63,864 bases of DNA, from positions 1 through 63,864 of the forward strand of contig CAZABB010000007.1 of the NCBI GenBank assembly GCA_964483625.1, written 5' to 3'. This document shows positions 16,160 through 24,376 of the stretch, in pieces. Each line of letters starts with the position of its first letter. Within the stretch, counting starts at the first letter, position 1. The notes beneath the pieces were generated by a model. The model ran no database searches. It had not been told where the DNA came from and saw nothing but the letters and a program-made list of their open reading frames with translations. The position numbers and the translations under genes are program-made. This DNA is from an uncultured Planctomycetia bacterium (GTDB lineage: Bacteria > Omnitrophota > Gorgyraeia > Duberdicusellales > 4484-171).

Positions 16160-16247
16160 GATTACGGAGATTGTAGCAGAAATTACGGTGATTTTGATAG
16201 GGATTACGGTGATTGGATACGAATGTGATTACAGCGATTACTGTATC
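16160..16247. repeat. Array of 4-5 degenerate direct repeats with ~21-bp phasing, core GATTAC(G/A)G(T/C)GATT
   Basis: The boxes start at 16160 (gattacggagatt), 16181 (aattacggtgatt), 16202 (gattacggtgatt), 16227 (gattacagcgatt) and 16236 (gattactgtatct). They lie in the 299-bp gap upstream of the GT26 gene. Confidence 0.85.
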
Positions 16248-16348
16248 TTATCTTTCCTCCGAGGGACCGAAGGGAACGGTCGTCCCTCGTGAATGACATC
16301 TGTGGTCATCTGTGCCAACCTGAAGGGTAACGTATGCCTTTTAATTCT

Positions 16349-16388
16349 CTCTACGCTCTACGCTAACCGCTCATCGCTATACGCTAAT
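16349..16388. repeat. Degenerate heptanucleotide tandem repeat x5-6 (ctctacg ctctacg ctaaccg ctcatcg ctatacg ctaattt)
   Basis: Read directly; CTNNNCG with 7-bp phasing. It spans the stop codon (16377-16379) of the 400-aa gene. A 10-bp direct repeat catctgtggt/catctgtgcc lies at 16297-16316. Confidence 0.8.
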
Positions 16389-17579
16389 TTTGCCCTCTAC
16401 TCTCCTCACGTAGCAGCTTAAGGCATAGAACATCCAGGCCTGACTCCAGCGGATATACGGAATAGATACGGCACCCAGGGGACGTCTTTGATAGGAAAAA
16501 TATCCTTGCCGGTTCCATAAATTCTTTATGGTCCAATGCAGGACACCTTCAACTACGCTTTTAGATTCTTCAAAATATTCAGTCCGGGAAAGAAATGAAA
16601 TCAGCGTCGCGGCCGAATGGACATCATAAGGATAATCACATTTTAGATAATACCGCGGCGCGCCGTTTTTTTGAAAAAAATTCTGAAGATAGTAACGCAA
16701 TCCTTTGCCGAAATTATCCTCAAAACGCATATCATGAGTGTACTTCTGATAATCATATATAGCCTGCAAATTATACGCGGTATGAAAACTATCGATCCAT
16801 CTCTGATTAGGAGCTTCTCCGTAATACCAGCTTCCGTCGGGATTCTGATTATGAACACAGAATTCAACCGATTGCGCCGCGGCATCTTTCAGGTGCGGTT
16901 CAGCCGTCAATGAATACATCCGGGATAAAAGCTGACTCGCCCAGAGAGAAGCATTGAATATCCGGGAACTATCCAGCGGGGAATACGAAAAACAGAATCC
17001 GCCGCCTCTTTCTGTTGTCCGATTGAGATCCTTGAGGATAAAATCACAGATCGAACGGACCTTTATAATAAAAGCGGTCTTTTTCAAAATATCTTGAGCC
17101 GTAAGCAACGCGTTACCGCAGAAACTCGTGACGATCACGTTCGGCGTGTATTTGGGAATAAAAAACGCCCGCGACTGCCAGTCGAAATTATACCCCCAGC
17201 ATATTCCCTGATATCCCTGACTCTCTAGAGGGAAAAGAGTATCAACCAGATATTCTATTTTCTGTATATACTCCTGTTTTCCCCCGGCCCGATAGAGGTT
17301 CGCGTACCCTAAGATAAACAGGGCCAGAGCCTTAGGGTTGTATTCTTTGGGGACTCCCAGAAGCGGACGGAGATTAACGCGCGATCTCTTAAAAGATTGT
17401 ATCCAGAGGAGCCGGGCTGATCTTAGATGTCTCAGAGGCAATGCGTTAAACAGGCGGGAATTGAGGCCGTCATAAGGGTCCCAGCCTTTAAAATTCTCCC
17501 GGACACAAAACTTCTCTAATTGGGAAAGGACGCTAGGAATAGATTTCACGCAGATCAATAATTTGGGGCCTTTGTTCAC
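16377..17579 (-). CDS. Hypothetical alpha/alpha-toroid-like protein (prenyltransferase/SHC-repeat-like motifs); polysaccharide-modifying role suspected
   Basis: 400 aa, soluble. Motifs are ERGGGFCFSYSP and HNQNPDGSWYYGE. It sits downstream of the bi-domain oxidoreductase/AsnB pair. No catalytic assignment is possible by eye. A possible GTG start at 17549 would reduce the overlap. Confidence 0.35.
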   Translation of the reverse strand: MNKGPKLLICVKSIPSVLSQLEKFCVRENFKGWDPYDGLNSRLFNALPLRHLRSARLLWIQSFKRSRVNLRPLLGVPKEYNPKALALFILGYANLYRAGGKQEYIQKIEYLVDTLFPLESQGYQGICWGYNFDWQSRAFFIPKYTPNVIVTSFCGNALLTAQDILKKTAFIIKVRSICDFILKDLNRTTERGGGFCFSYSPLDSSRIFNASLWASQLLSRMYSLTAEPHLKDAAAQSVEFCVHNQNPDGSWYYGEAPNQRWIDSFHTAYNLQAIYDYQKYTHDMRFEDNFGKGLRYYLQNFFQKNGAPRYYLKCDYPYDVHSAATLISFLSRTEYFEESKSVVEGVLHWTIKNLWNRQGYFSYQRRPLGAVSIPYIRWSQAWMFYALSCYVRRVEGKISV

Positions 17580-19710
17580 TAAGGCTTTCGGCGATCTTAC
17601 AGGTAGTAAGTGTTACCGCAGCAATCTCTTTAAAATCTATAGGAGCCTGCCCGCCTTTACGCAACGCCGACAGCACCGCTTTTACTTCCTCACCATGCCC
17701 TTTGTCCGTCTTCCTTATTATCTTCCTTTTACCGCGGCGGTACAATACTGCCCGGGTAAAATTATCGATCAGATAACAGTTTCCTCCGGAGAAGATCTCC
17801 AACCTTTCTTTCTCCATCGACATATCTCCCATAGCCGTATAGAAAATATTTCCTGCCGATCCATTTTCAAGCTCGATATTTACCGTCACGTTTTCATCCG
17901 CACCCATTCCCTCTTGAGATGCCTTCAAAGCAGAAGCATAGACTTTCCTCGGCAGTGAACCGGAAAAATACACCATCAAATCGACAAAATGACAGATCTC
18001 GGAAATAATCCTCCCCCCTCCGACCTCCGGGTTCTTCACCCAATGTTCGGGCGGCAAGGATCCGGCATTCACGCGGAAATGCATGAGGAGGGGGTTTTGC
18101 GATTTCATCAGTTCTTTTTTAATCGTTTGGCTGAGAGAAGAAAACCTCCGGTTAAACCCTACCATCAGCATAGTCTCCGGCGTATAGGAAGAAACGACAC
18201 CTTTCAGTTCCTCTGTGTTCATTGCCAGAGGTTTCTCGACAAAAACATGCTGTCCTCTCGCCAAAGCCCTCCTGGCAAACGAAGCATGGGTATTATGGTG
18301 AGTAGCAATAAAAACGGTATTAATATCTTCGTTCCCATATACCGCTTCAGGATCGGTAGCAGCGCAGCGAAAGGAAAATTTTTCGGCAACGCTCCGGGCG
18401 GAAACTCCCCGCCGGGTCACAACCGTATCCAGCGAAACATCATTCCCTTTCAGGTTGGGAAGCAGGTAGCTCTGAGCAAAGCTTCCCGCCCCGATGAAAC
18501 CAACATTGATCTTTTTTGTCCCGGTTCGGGAAGAGGTGACCGTAACCCGGGAGATCTCGCCTGAGGAGGCATCATATTTAAGCAATACACCCATGGACGG
18601 CTGGCTGCCTGAGATCACATCATACGCTTTTAACGCGTCGGCAAAATCAAATACATGACTGATCAAGGGATTCAGGTCGATCTTCTTTCTCTCGACCAAT
18701 CCCAGAAAAGCCTCCATATTCCTCTTTTCGGTAAAACGCACATACGGATAAGGATAATCGAACCCGCATTCTTCATATAAAGGGTCGTACCGGCCGGGAC
18801 CGTAGGAAGTAGCGATCTTCAATTCGAGTTCTTTACGGTAGAAATGCGGTTCGCGGGGAACATCCATCTTTATATCACCGACCACGACAACCGTTCCTTT
18901 TTTTCTTACAATCTCGGTCGCAAGGATAAGCGGGTCGTTATCGGCAGCCGACGCAGTAATGATGACTTTATCGAATCCATGCTTCTTTGTGAATCCATCC
19001 AGGCAACGGTATAATTCCGGGTCATTCCTGTTTATCGCAGAATCAATGCCGCACTCCCGGGCTATACGCAGACAAAAATCATCGATATCGATCCCGCAAA
19101 CCCGGCACCCTCCCGCGGAAAGGATCTGCGCGGTGATCTGGCCGAGAAGTCCCAGCCCGATCACACATACATATTCTCCGATCTTGGGATCAGCCTGCCG
19201 CACTCCCTGCAGGGCAATCGCTCCCAATGTAGTAAACGCGGCTTCTTTAAACGAGACCGCATCGGGGATCTTTACCACCAGGTTCTGAGGAACCGATACC
19301 ATATCGGCATGAGAGGCATAATCCTGCCCGGCACAGGCGACCCTGTCGCCGGAAGAGAAACACTGGTCGAAATCACGGGATTCAACGACAATCCCGCAGG
19401 TACTGTACCCCAGAGCTTTCGGGGTATCGAGCTTTGCCTGTACTTTCTGTACCGTTGCCCGGATCCCCTCTTTACGGATATTCTGCAGTGTCTGACGGAC
19501 AAGATCCGGACGTTTCTGTGCTTTACCGATAAGCGAAGCACGGCCGGCACTGATCGTTGCTTTTTCCGTCCCGGCCGAAATCAGAGAAAACCGGTTCTTG
19601 ACCCCGACAAAGCCATCCCCCACCGCCGGGCACGGCACTTCAATCAGTTTAAGTTCCCCTGTCTTAAAATCCTGAATCAACTGTTTCATGCGTCTAAATA
19701 CCTCCGGCAC
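17533..19710 (-). CDS. Bi-domain oxidoreductase (N-terminal MDR/alcohol-dehydrogenase-like + C-terminal Gfo/Idh/MocA)
   Basis: 725 aa. The N-terminal half has the MDR fold with GEYVCVIGLGLLGQITAQIL. The C-terminal half has INVGFIGAGSFAQSYLLPNL and ...VFVEKPLA, the Gfo/Idh/MocA Rossmann and EKP motif. Confidence 0.75.
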   Translation of the reverse strand: MPEVFRRMKQLIQDFKTGELKLIEVPCPAVGDGFVGVKNRFSLISAGTEKATISAGRASLIGKAQKRPDLVRQTLQNIRKEGIRATVQKVQAKLDTPKALGYSTCGIVVESRDFDQCFSSGDRVACAGQDYASHADMVSVPQNLVVKIPDAVSFKEAAFTTLGAIALQGVRQADPKIGEYVCVIGLGLLGQITAQILSAGGCRVCGIDIDDFCLRIARECGIDSAINRNDPELYRCLDGFTKKHGFDKVIITASAADNDPLILATEIVRKKGTVVVVGDIKMDVPREPHFYRKELELKIATSYGPGRYDPLYEECGFDYPYPYVRFTEKRNMEAFLGLVERKKIDLNPLISHVFDFADALKAYDVISGSQPSMGVLLKYDASSGEISRVTVTSSRTGTKKINVGFIGAGSFAQSYLLPNLKGNDVSLDTVVTRRGVSARSVAEKFSFRCAATDPEAVYGNEDINTVFIATHHNTHASFARRALARGQHVFVEKPLAMNTEELKGVVSSYTPETMLMVGFNRRFSSLSQTIKKELMKSQNPLLMHFRVNAGSLPPEHWVKNPEVGGGRIISEICHFVDLMVYFSGSLPRKVYASALKASQEGMGADENVTVNIELENGSAGNIFYTAMGDMSMEKERLEIFSGGNCYLIDNFTRAVLYRRGKRKIIRKTDKGHGEEVKAVLSALRKGGQAPIDFKEIAAVTLTTCKIAESLSEQRPQIIDLREIYS

Positions 19711-21575
19711 CAGTATTCGAATGTCAGAAACTGATAAATCTGGTACGCATAATCGGCATATCCCCGCCGGTCAGACTCGATCATCCCTCTGACGACACCG
19801 GGAGACAAAAAGCCTCTCTTTTTTATGGTATCGAAAGATAGCCTCTCGTCAATTAATTCTTTTAGATCGCCCCAGATCCACGACCGGATCGGCATGCCGA
19901 ATGACGCCTTGGGACGCCAGACGATCTCGGCCGGCAGGAAATCTCCCGCCGCCTTTTTAAGGATATATTTTGTCTGCCGGTTTCGCATCTTGTATCCGCC
20001 GGGGATAGACATAACGAATTCAACCAAATCCCGGTCGATAAAAGGCACCCTGACTTCTACCGAATGGGCCATTGACGCCCGATCGGTATAGGTCAGGTTC
20101 AATCCTTCCATAAACATACCGATATCGGTATGACACATCCGGTTTATTGCATCAAAGCCCTCTCGTTCAAAAAATAATTCTTCATGTTCGTCATACATCC
20201 CGGCAATCTCATCGTCATACCGGTTCCCGCAGAGAGCCTCTAACCGGCGGCGATCGTAATAGGAATAACTGCGCATATACCTTTGGCCTAAGGGTAAGTC
20301 GGCAAAAGAAAAGAACCTCTTGGCCCACCGTAACGGCTTCAGTCCCATGCCTCCGACCCTTACCGGGAGACAGCTTGAGACTCCCCGGCCGATCTTGTTT
20401 ATACCTACAGGCATGCCCCCGGCAAGCAGAGTCGCGTAATGTCGCCGGTATCCGGCAAAGATCTCATCAGCACCCATCCCGGAAAGTAACACTTTCATTC
20501 CTTGTGAATGAGCCAGCTTACAGATAAGATAGGTATTAATCGCCGCCGGATCTCCGATCGGCTCATCAAGAACAGAAACGATTTCCGGCAAGAGACGCAC
20601 AATATCGGGACGTAACGGGATATCATGATGATTGAGACCGTATTTTTGAGCGACTTTACGGGCGTACACATTATCGTCCGGCATTTGTTCAACTTTTCGG
20701 TCCCGTCCCGCCAGAGATATCGTGAATGTCGACATCTCAGGATTGGACTTCTTTGCCAGAACCGAGATCAGCGACGAATCCAACCCGCCGCTTAAGAAAG
20801 CTCCCACCTCCACATCGGCAACCAGGTGCCGCCGGACGCTTTCTTCGATAAGCCCGCCTAAAACCTCAATAGTCTGTTTTTCGGATAGGCCACGGCCGCG
20901 AACATTCAACTCCCAGTATTTTTTTACCTCCTGCCTCATCTGTCCGGAATCAAACCAGAGACGCATATACGCTGCCGGCGGGACTTTCTTTATGTTTTTA
21001 AAAATAGTCCTCTCCTTAGGAATCCAGAGGTAATTCAACGAAGAAACCAGACTTTGCGTATCAATCTCTTTTTGTACCCCCGGCACGAGGAGCAGGCTTT
21101 TCAACTCCGAAGAAAAGGCCAATTTATCATTACCTATCGGGGCATAGAGCAGCGGCTTAATACCGAAATAATCCCGCACCAGGAATATCTCACCTCCCCG
21201 GGTATCATAGATACAGAAGGCAAACATCCCTAAAAGCTTTGCGAAACTCTCCCTGCCATCCCGGCGAAATAACTCAAGAATCACCTCAGTATCGGAATTG
21301 GTGCGGAACCGCACCCCGGTCTTCTCCAATTCTCTTCTTAATTCTTTATAATTGTATATCTCCCCGTTATAGACAATAACCAGGCCGTCTTTGACAAAGG
21401 GTTGGTTCGCATCGGCACTTAGATCAATAATCGAAAGGCGCCGGTGCCCTAACGCAACCCGTTCATCCTGCCAGATGCCTTCAGCATCGGGACCGCGGTG
21501 ACGCAGCGCGTCATTCATGAACTGAATGATACCACGCGCATCAGAGATTCCGATTAGTCCGTTAATTCCACACAT
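19686..21575 (-). CDS. Asparagine synthase (glutamine-hydrolysing) family amidotransferase
   Basis: 629 aa. MCGINGLIG gives an N-terminal nucleophile Cys2, followed by HRGPD and HRRLSIIDL. The synthetase domain has the SGGLDSS PP-loop. Confidence 0.88.
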   Translation of the reverse strand: MCGINGLIGISDARGIIQFMNDALRHRGPDAEGIWQDERVALGHRRLSIIDLSADANQPFVKDGLVIVYNGEIYNYKELRRELEKTGVRFRTNSDTEVILELFRRDGRESFAKLLGMFAFCIYDTRGGEIFLVRDYFGIKPLLYAPIGNDKLAFSSELKSLLLVPGVQKEIDTQSLVSSLNYLWIPKERTIFKNIKKVPPAAYMRLWFDSGQMRQEVKKYWELNVRGRGLSEKQTIEVLGGLIEESVRRHLVADVEVGAFLSGGLDSSLISVLAKKSNPEMSTFTISLAGRDRKVEQMPDDNVYARKVAQKYGLNHHDIPLRPDIVRLLPEIVSVLDEPIGDPAAINTYLICKLAHSQGMKVLLSGMGADEIFAGYRRHYATLLAGGMPVGINKIGRGVSSCLPVRVGGMGLKPLRWAKRFFSFADLPLGQRYMRSYSYYDRRRLEALCGNRYDDEIAGMYDEHEELFFEREGFDAINRMCHTDIGMFMEGLNLTYTDRASMAHSVEVRVPFIDRDLVEFVMSIPGGYKMRNRQTKYILKKAAGDFLPAEIVWRPKASFGMPIRSWIWGDLKELIDERLSFDTIKKRGFLSPGVVRGMIESDRRGYADYAYQIYQFLTFEYWCRRYLDA

Positions 21576-21577
21576 AG

Positions 21578-22705
21578 TTATCGTCGTGCGTCGTTCGTCG
21601 TGCGTCGTTCGTCAGGGAATACTTTGTTAAATATGTCGATTAAGCCCTGTTCAAATTTCTCAAACGTGTATTCACGCAGGAATTTCTCCCGCGCGGCCTC
21701 CCCCATTGCTTTTCTTAATTGAGGCTTTTTGATAAGCTCCTCAGTCTTTTGAGTCAATTGGTCAACCGAATGAGGATCAACGACAAAGCCGGTTTTCCCC
21801 GCCTCGATCATATCGGGGATTGCCCCCTCAGACGTACTCACAACCGGCAATCCGCACTGCATCGCCTCTAAAATCACCGAAGGAAACGCATCATGATACG
21901 TGGGATAGACAAAAATATCCGACTGGCACAGAAGCCGGTATTTGTCATTCTCCCGGACAAATCCCAGAGATACGATCTGGTCCCCGATCCCCATATCTCT
22001 CACCCAGCCATTGAATTCATCTTCGGTGATATCAAACCAATCACCGGCAAAGGCAAAAACAAATTCATACCCTTTATCCTTTAGTCTTTCGGCGACCTCA
22101 AGCGCCGTAAATACCCCTTTGCTCCGTATCATGTTTGATAAAAAAAGCAGATGGATACAATTGTCTTTTTTCGCCTGAAACTGAAAATCGCCGATATCTT
22201 CTTTTTCATGTATGCCGTTAGAGAGCGAAAATATACGGTCTCCTTTCACATAACGAGCGATATCGTCACCCAGGGAAGGGGATAACACAACCACAGAAGC
22301 TCCTTTAAAACAGATCCGATACAATGTTTTAGACAACCTGTTTTTCTGCTGCGCAATCCCCTTGCCATGAAGGTGATACAGCGTTTTGACCCTGAATAAT
22401 TTTAACAACACGACCAGGATAAAATCCTTATAAAAACCCACGCCTGTGGGAGTAAGGGAAAAATAACACCCCCGGTACCGGTGTCTGATCAGCTTAAAAA
22501 GAACAGTACAGAATATCCGAAAAAACAGAAAGACCTTCCCCAAAGAGATCCGTTCAATATGGCTTAAAAACCGGGAGGTATTAATGGCCTGCGGGTCTAA
22601 TGCAAAGGATTGTTTCAATCTACCACGGATAATCCGCTGATTGGACAGGGTCACGCCGTAATCCGGCGGCGGGAGATGCAGAAGGCAGAGTATTTTCGTA
22701 TTCAT
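21578..22705 (-). CDS. Glycosyltransferase family 4 (GT-B)
   Basis: C-terminal VYPTYHDAFPSVILEAMQCGLPVVSTSEGAIPDMIEAGKTGF (EX7E-type GT4 motif). The ATG at 22705 (MNTKILCL) is preceded by AGGAAA; the ORF-track start at 22741 is less likely. Confidence 0.8.
   Translation of the reverse strand: MNTKILCLLHLPPPDYGVTLSNQRIIRGRLKQSFALDPQAINTSRFLSHIERISLGKVFLFFRIFCTVLFKLIRHRYRGCYFSLTPTGVGFYKDFILVVLLKLFRVKTLYHLHGKGIAQQKNRLSKTLYRICFKGASVVVLSPSLGDDIARYVKGDRIFSLSNGIHEKEDIGDFQFQAKKDNCIHLLFLSNMIRSKGVFTALEVAERLKDKGYEFVFAFAGDWFDITEDEFNGWVRDMGIGDQIVSLGFVRENDKYRLLCQSDIFVYPTYHDAFPSVILEAMQCGLPVVSTSEGAIPDMIEAGKTGFVVDPHSVDQLTQKTEELIKKPQLRKAMGEAAREKFLREYTFEKFEQGLIDIFNKVFPDERRTTNDARR
21581..21612. repeat. 14-bp tandem repeat x2.3 (tcgtcgtgcgtcgt)
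   Basis: 21581-21594 and 21595-21608 are identical, followed by a partial third unit. The repeat encodes the C-terminal tail ...ERRTTNDARR of the GT4 and ends 3 nt before the AsnB-family ATG. Confidence 0.9.
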
Positions 22706-22900
22706 ACGGTTTCCTAGCTGGTCAGCAGAAAAACACACCAATAATATCAGAGATTACCCCCCCTGCCAAGCTCTTTATCGGCAACATACTTTCTGCCAAT
22801 CGGTTCTATAAATAATCCATTGTATTTTACAGAGAGAATTGATAAAATTGAACAACTTGATAAAAACCCTGTACGCACGCAAAAACAAGCTCTTAACCCC

Positions 22901-23563
22901 ATGATCACAAAGAGTTTCAGCGAACTGAAGAAAAATCTCAAAAAAGATTTCGGCCCCTGCCTGCCGATAAAAGTCGCTCTCCTGGGCGATACGGCAACAC
23001 AGCTTCTGGTCCAGGCCCTAAAAGGCTACGGATACGAAGCAGGTATTTACTTCGACATCTTTGAGTCTGATTACAACCAGATCGAACGTCAGATACTGGA
23101 CCCTTCTTCCGAACTCTACCGGTTTTCTCCGGAATTCGTTATCATTTTTCACTCCTCGCAAAAACTGCTGAATAAATTCTATGCGCTCTCTAAAGACGAA
23201 AAGATCAAATTTGCCGACACCCATCTTGAACTTATCGAGCATCTGTATGAAACCCTGCAAAGACACCTGTCGGGTAAAATCATCTATTTGAACTTCTCCG
23301 AAATATGCGACAGCGTATTCGGTAATTACTGTAACAAAGTCCAGATATCGTTTACGTATCAGTTACGTAAGATCAATTTTGAACTGATGCATCTGAGTCA
23401 AAAATTTAAAAACCTTTTTATTGTCGATATTTCCCTCCTCCACAACCAGTACGGCCGCAACCCCTTCAAGGAATCGCAGCCCTTTCAATTCTCCCCGGAT
23501 AACGGCATTCTGCATCTTCGCCACATCATCCTCATATACGACCTTTTTTGTAGGCAAATATAG
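22901..23563 (+). pseudogene. Truncated N-terminal fragment of an FkbH-like / HAD-IIIC family protein
   Basis: MITKSFSELKKNLKKDFGPCLPIKVALLGDTATQLLVQALKGYGYEAGIYFDIFESDYNQIERQILDPSSELYRFSPEFVIIFHSS... matches the N-terminal domain of ~550-600-aa FkbH-like proteins as I remember them. No HAD domain follows in any plus frame. The last ~200 nt overlap the convergent SGNH-like ORF. This is the only plus-strand coding sequence in the window. Confidence 0.55.
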
Positions 23564-24376
23564 AAAAATCAAAGGAATCTGGTTTTCACGACTGAATGTT
23601 AGAAATTTTTCTAAATACTCACGTGTTACCGCAATTGAACGCATATGTTGTTCTTCCTTTTCCGAAGAAAGACGTGTCTGGGTACGTATAGGCAATGTCT
23701 TATGAGTATAGATATTTCCTACTTTTAACAAACCGGACGGAATTTCTTCCGGGTTTCTCAGATATTGCGTCGTACCTTTCATTACATACTTTATCAGCCG
23801 GTACGTGCAACTATGGATATGCAGAAAATGTCTAAATTCGCCGAACTTTTTGGGATTATCCATCTGTTTGCGTAACCGATTCAAAAAAGGCTTTTTACCC
23901 GACTCCTGATAAATCTGCTCATGCCGTAAATTTTCGCTCAAGATATCATTTTCGGCAACCCGCAGACATATTGCGTAAACCTTTGCGCCAGAATGAATAA
24001 CATAATACTCAAATAACACCCATTCTTCGACCTGAGAACTTCCGCCGAATCCCATATTAACCATCTCGTAATCTCTATGTTTTTTCTGAAGTAATGCTAC
24101 CCACTCTTTTCCCCGCAGGACTTCCGCGCCGCGGACGAAGGAATCGCCCAAGAAAAAAATTGCCGGTTTTTGATGCCCGACGTTATCTATGTTATTAAGC
24201 ACCCGCTTATAGTCATAATAGTGCGCGGTATAATTCCATTGGGGAAAATCAGGCATCGCGGTGGGAACAAGATGAAAGGTAATCTCAATAAGCAGAATAA
24301 TTAACAATACATTGAAGATAATCAGCTTTAACAGCGAAAATATTTTTTTTACCATAAACAATCCTGTTGTTTTCAA
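23363..24376 (-). CDS. Membrane-anchored SGNH/GDSL-like hydrolase or acyltransferase (possibly 3'-truncated)
   Basis: N-terminal TM (LLKLIIFNVLLIILLIEITF). Block I is FFLGDSF, block II GFGGSS, block III VAENDI. I cannot find a block V DxxH motif. The final ~65 codons are antisense to the FkbH-like remnant. Confidence 0.5.
   Translation of the reverse strand: MKTTGLFMVKKIFSLLKLIIFNVLLIILLIEITFHLVPTAMPDFPQWNYTAHYYDYKRVLNNIDNVGHQKPAIFFLGDSFVRGAEVLRGKEWVALLQKKHRDYEMVNMGFGGSSQVEEWVLFEYYVIHSGAKVYAICLRVAENDILSENLRHEQIYQESGKKPFLNRLRKQMDNPKKFGEFRHFLHIHSCTYRLIKYVMKGTTQYLRNPEEIPSGLLKVGNIYTHKTLPIRTQTRLSSEKEEQHMRSIAVTREYLEKFLTFSRENQIPLIFLYLPTKKVVYEDDVAKMQNAVIRGELKGLRFLEGVAAVLVVEEGNIDNKKVFKFLTQMHQFKIDLT

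Noticed and set aside
16160-16247. CRISPR array
   Set aside because: The repeats are only ~13 bp, degenerate, and separated by ~8 bp. There are no spacers of 25-40 bp and no cas genes in the window.
16071-16292. 73-aa plus-strand ORF in the 299-bp gap
   Set aside because: Its sequence (…EIVAEITVILIGITVIGYECDY…) is simply the translation of the GATTAC repeat array. There is no RBS, and it runs opposite to every real gene.
17989-18564. 191-aa plus-strand ORF (similar cases at 10292-10768, 54361-54897, 9458-9856, 1335-1757)
   Set aside because: Each lies antisense to a minus-strand gene with strong family motifs. The products are Arg/Pro/Ser-rich with no recognisable motifs, so they are shadow ORFs.
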